A DNA stretch of 36,563 nt from a virus (lineage: Duplodnaviria > Caudoviricetes): the IMG/VR virus record IMGVR_UViG_3300044723_000506, positions 1 to 36,563 of that record. One strand, given 5' to 3'. Positions within the stretch are counted from its first letter, which is position 1. Every line of letters begins with the position of its first letter. Of the stretch, positions 36,203-36,563 are shown in pieces. The notes beneath the pieces are model-generated. The model was not told the DNA's origin. It ran no database searches and saw only the letters and a program-made list of their open reading frames with translations. The position numbers were made by a program, and so were the translations under genes.

Positions 36203-36563
36203 TGTTGGGCCGGGGGAGGGGGTTGACTTGTGTTGACAATTGTAGTAGCCACTCAGGCACAAAAAAGGTGAAAACTAGCAAAAAGGACCCTTAATTAAAC
36301 GCATGTAAGCCCATGATTTCACTCGTGTTACTACTACTGCCACTACTAAGCTATAAATAGCTTGACTTATGTGAAGACTTATGTTATACTATTGTTGTAA
36401 TTAGGGACAATTTGTGTTATGACCACTGAAATTAAAAAGAGAGGTCGTGGCAGACCCCGTAAGTCAGAGTTAGCCGCTGTAAAACCCGGTAACAAGGGTA
36501 AAGTGGGTAGACCCAAGGGTGACGCCGCTATAATCAACGAGTACAAATCTCGTATGTTGGCTT
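36104..36563. repeat. Terminal redundancy, right copy (includes late promoter and partial terS from 36419)
   Basis: 460 bp aligning to 1..545. terS starts MTTEIKKRG here versus MTTELSEVKKRG in the left copy. Confidence 0.95.

Noticed and set aside
35839-36294. ORFs across the repeat array (also 1..267 and the several overlapping ORFs at 35892..36281)
   Set aside because: No RBS. They are open in many frames because of the repeats, and the 76-bp indel between copies shifts frame.
1-36563. Integrase, repressor, RNA polymerase, tRNA genes
   Set aside because: No recognisable motifs and little unassigned space; a formal tRNA/HMM scan was not possible.

Overview
This window looks like one complete ~36.1 kb podovirus genome, with an imperfect terminal overlap (1..545 vs 36104..36563). 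It has two arms that converge at a GC hairpin near 22.87 kb. The + strand arm carries morphogenesis genes: terS, M15 endolysin, terL, portal, small basic proteins, scaffold, major capsid, tail fibres, a holin cluster, tail adaptor/nozzle and probable ejection proteins. The - strand arm carries early and replication genes: ArdC-like, Gp88-like, DenV-like, ThyX, SSB, T7-like primase-helicase, Tyr762 PolA, GIY-YIG-like protein, PD-(D/E)XK exonuclease, endonuclease I, DUF3310 and a class II B12-dependent RNR. I see no RNA polymerase, integrase or tRNA. This layout resembles SIO1/cobavirus-type (Zobellviridae-like) marine podoviruses, an inference from recalled family features and not from a search. 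The most striking signals are non-coding. (1) A dense array of consensus sigma-54 (-24/-12, YTGGCAYG-N4-TTGCW) sites lies on both strands at the junction of the arms. It is bounded by inverted repeats, and one copy has a 76-bp insert with two tandem perfect DnaA boxes. (2) A textbook type I hammerhead ribozyme lies between two early genes. (3) A long RNase III-like hairpin lies in the same early transcript. Protein calls come from motifs read by eye.
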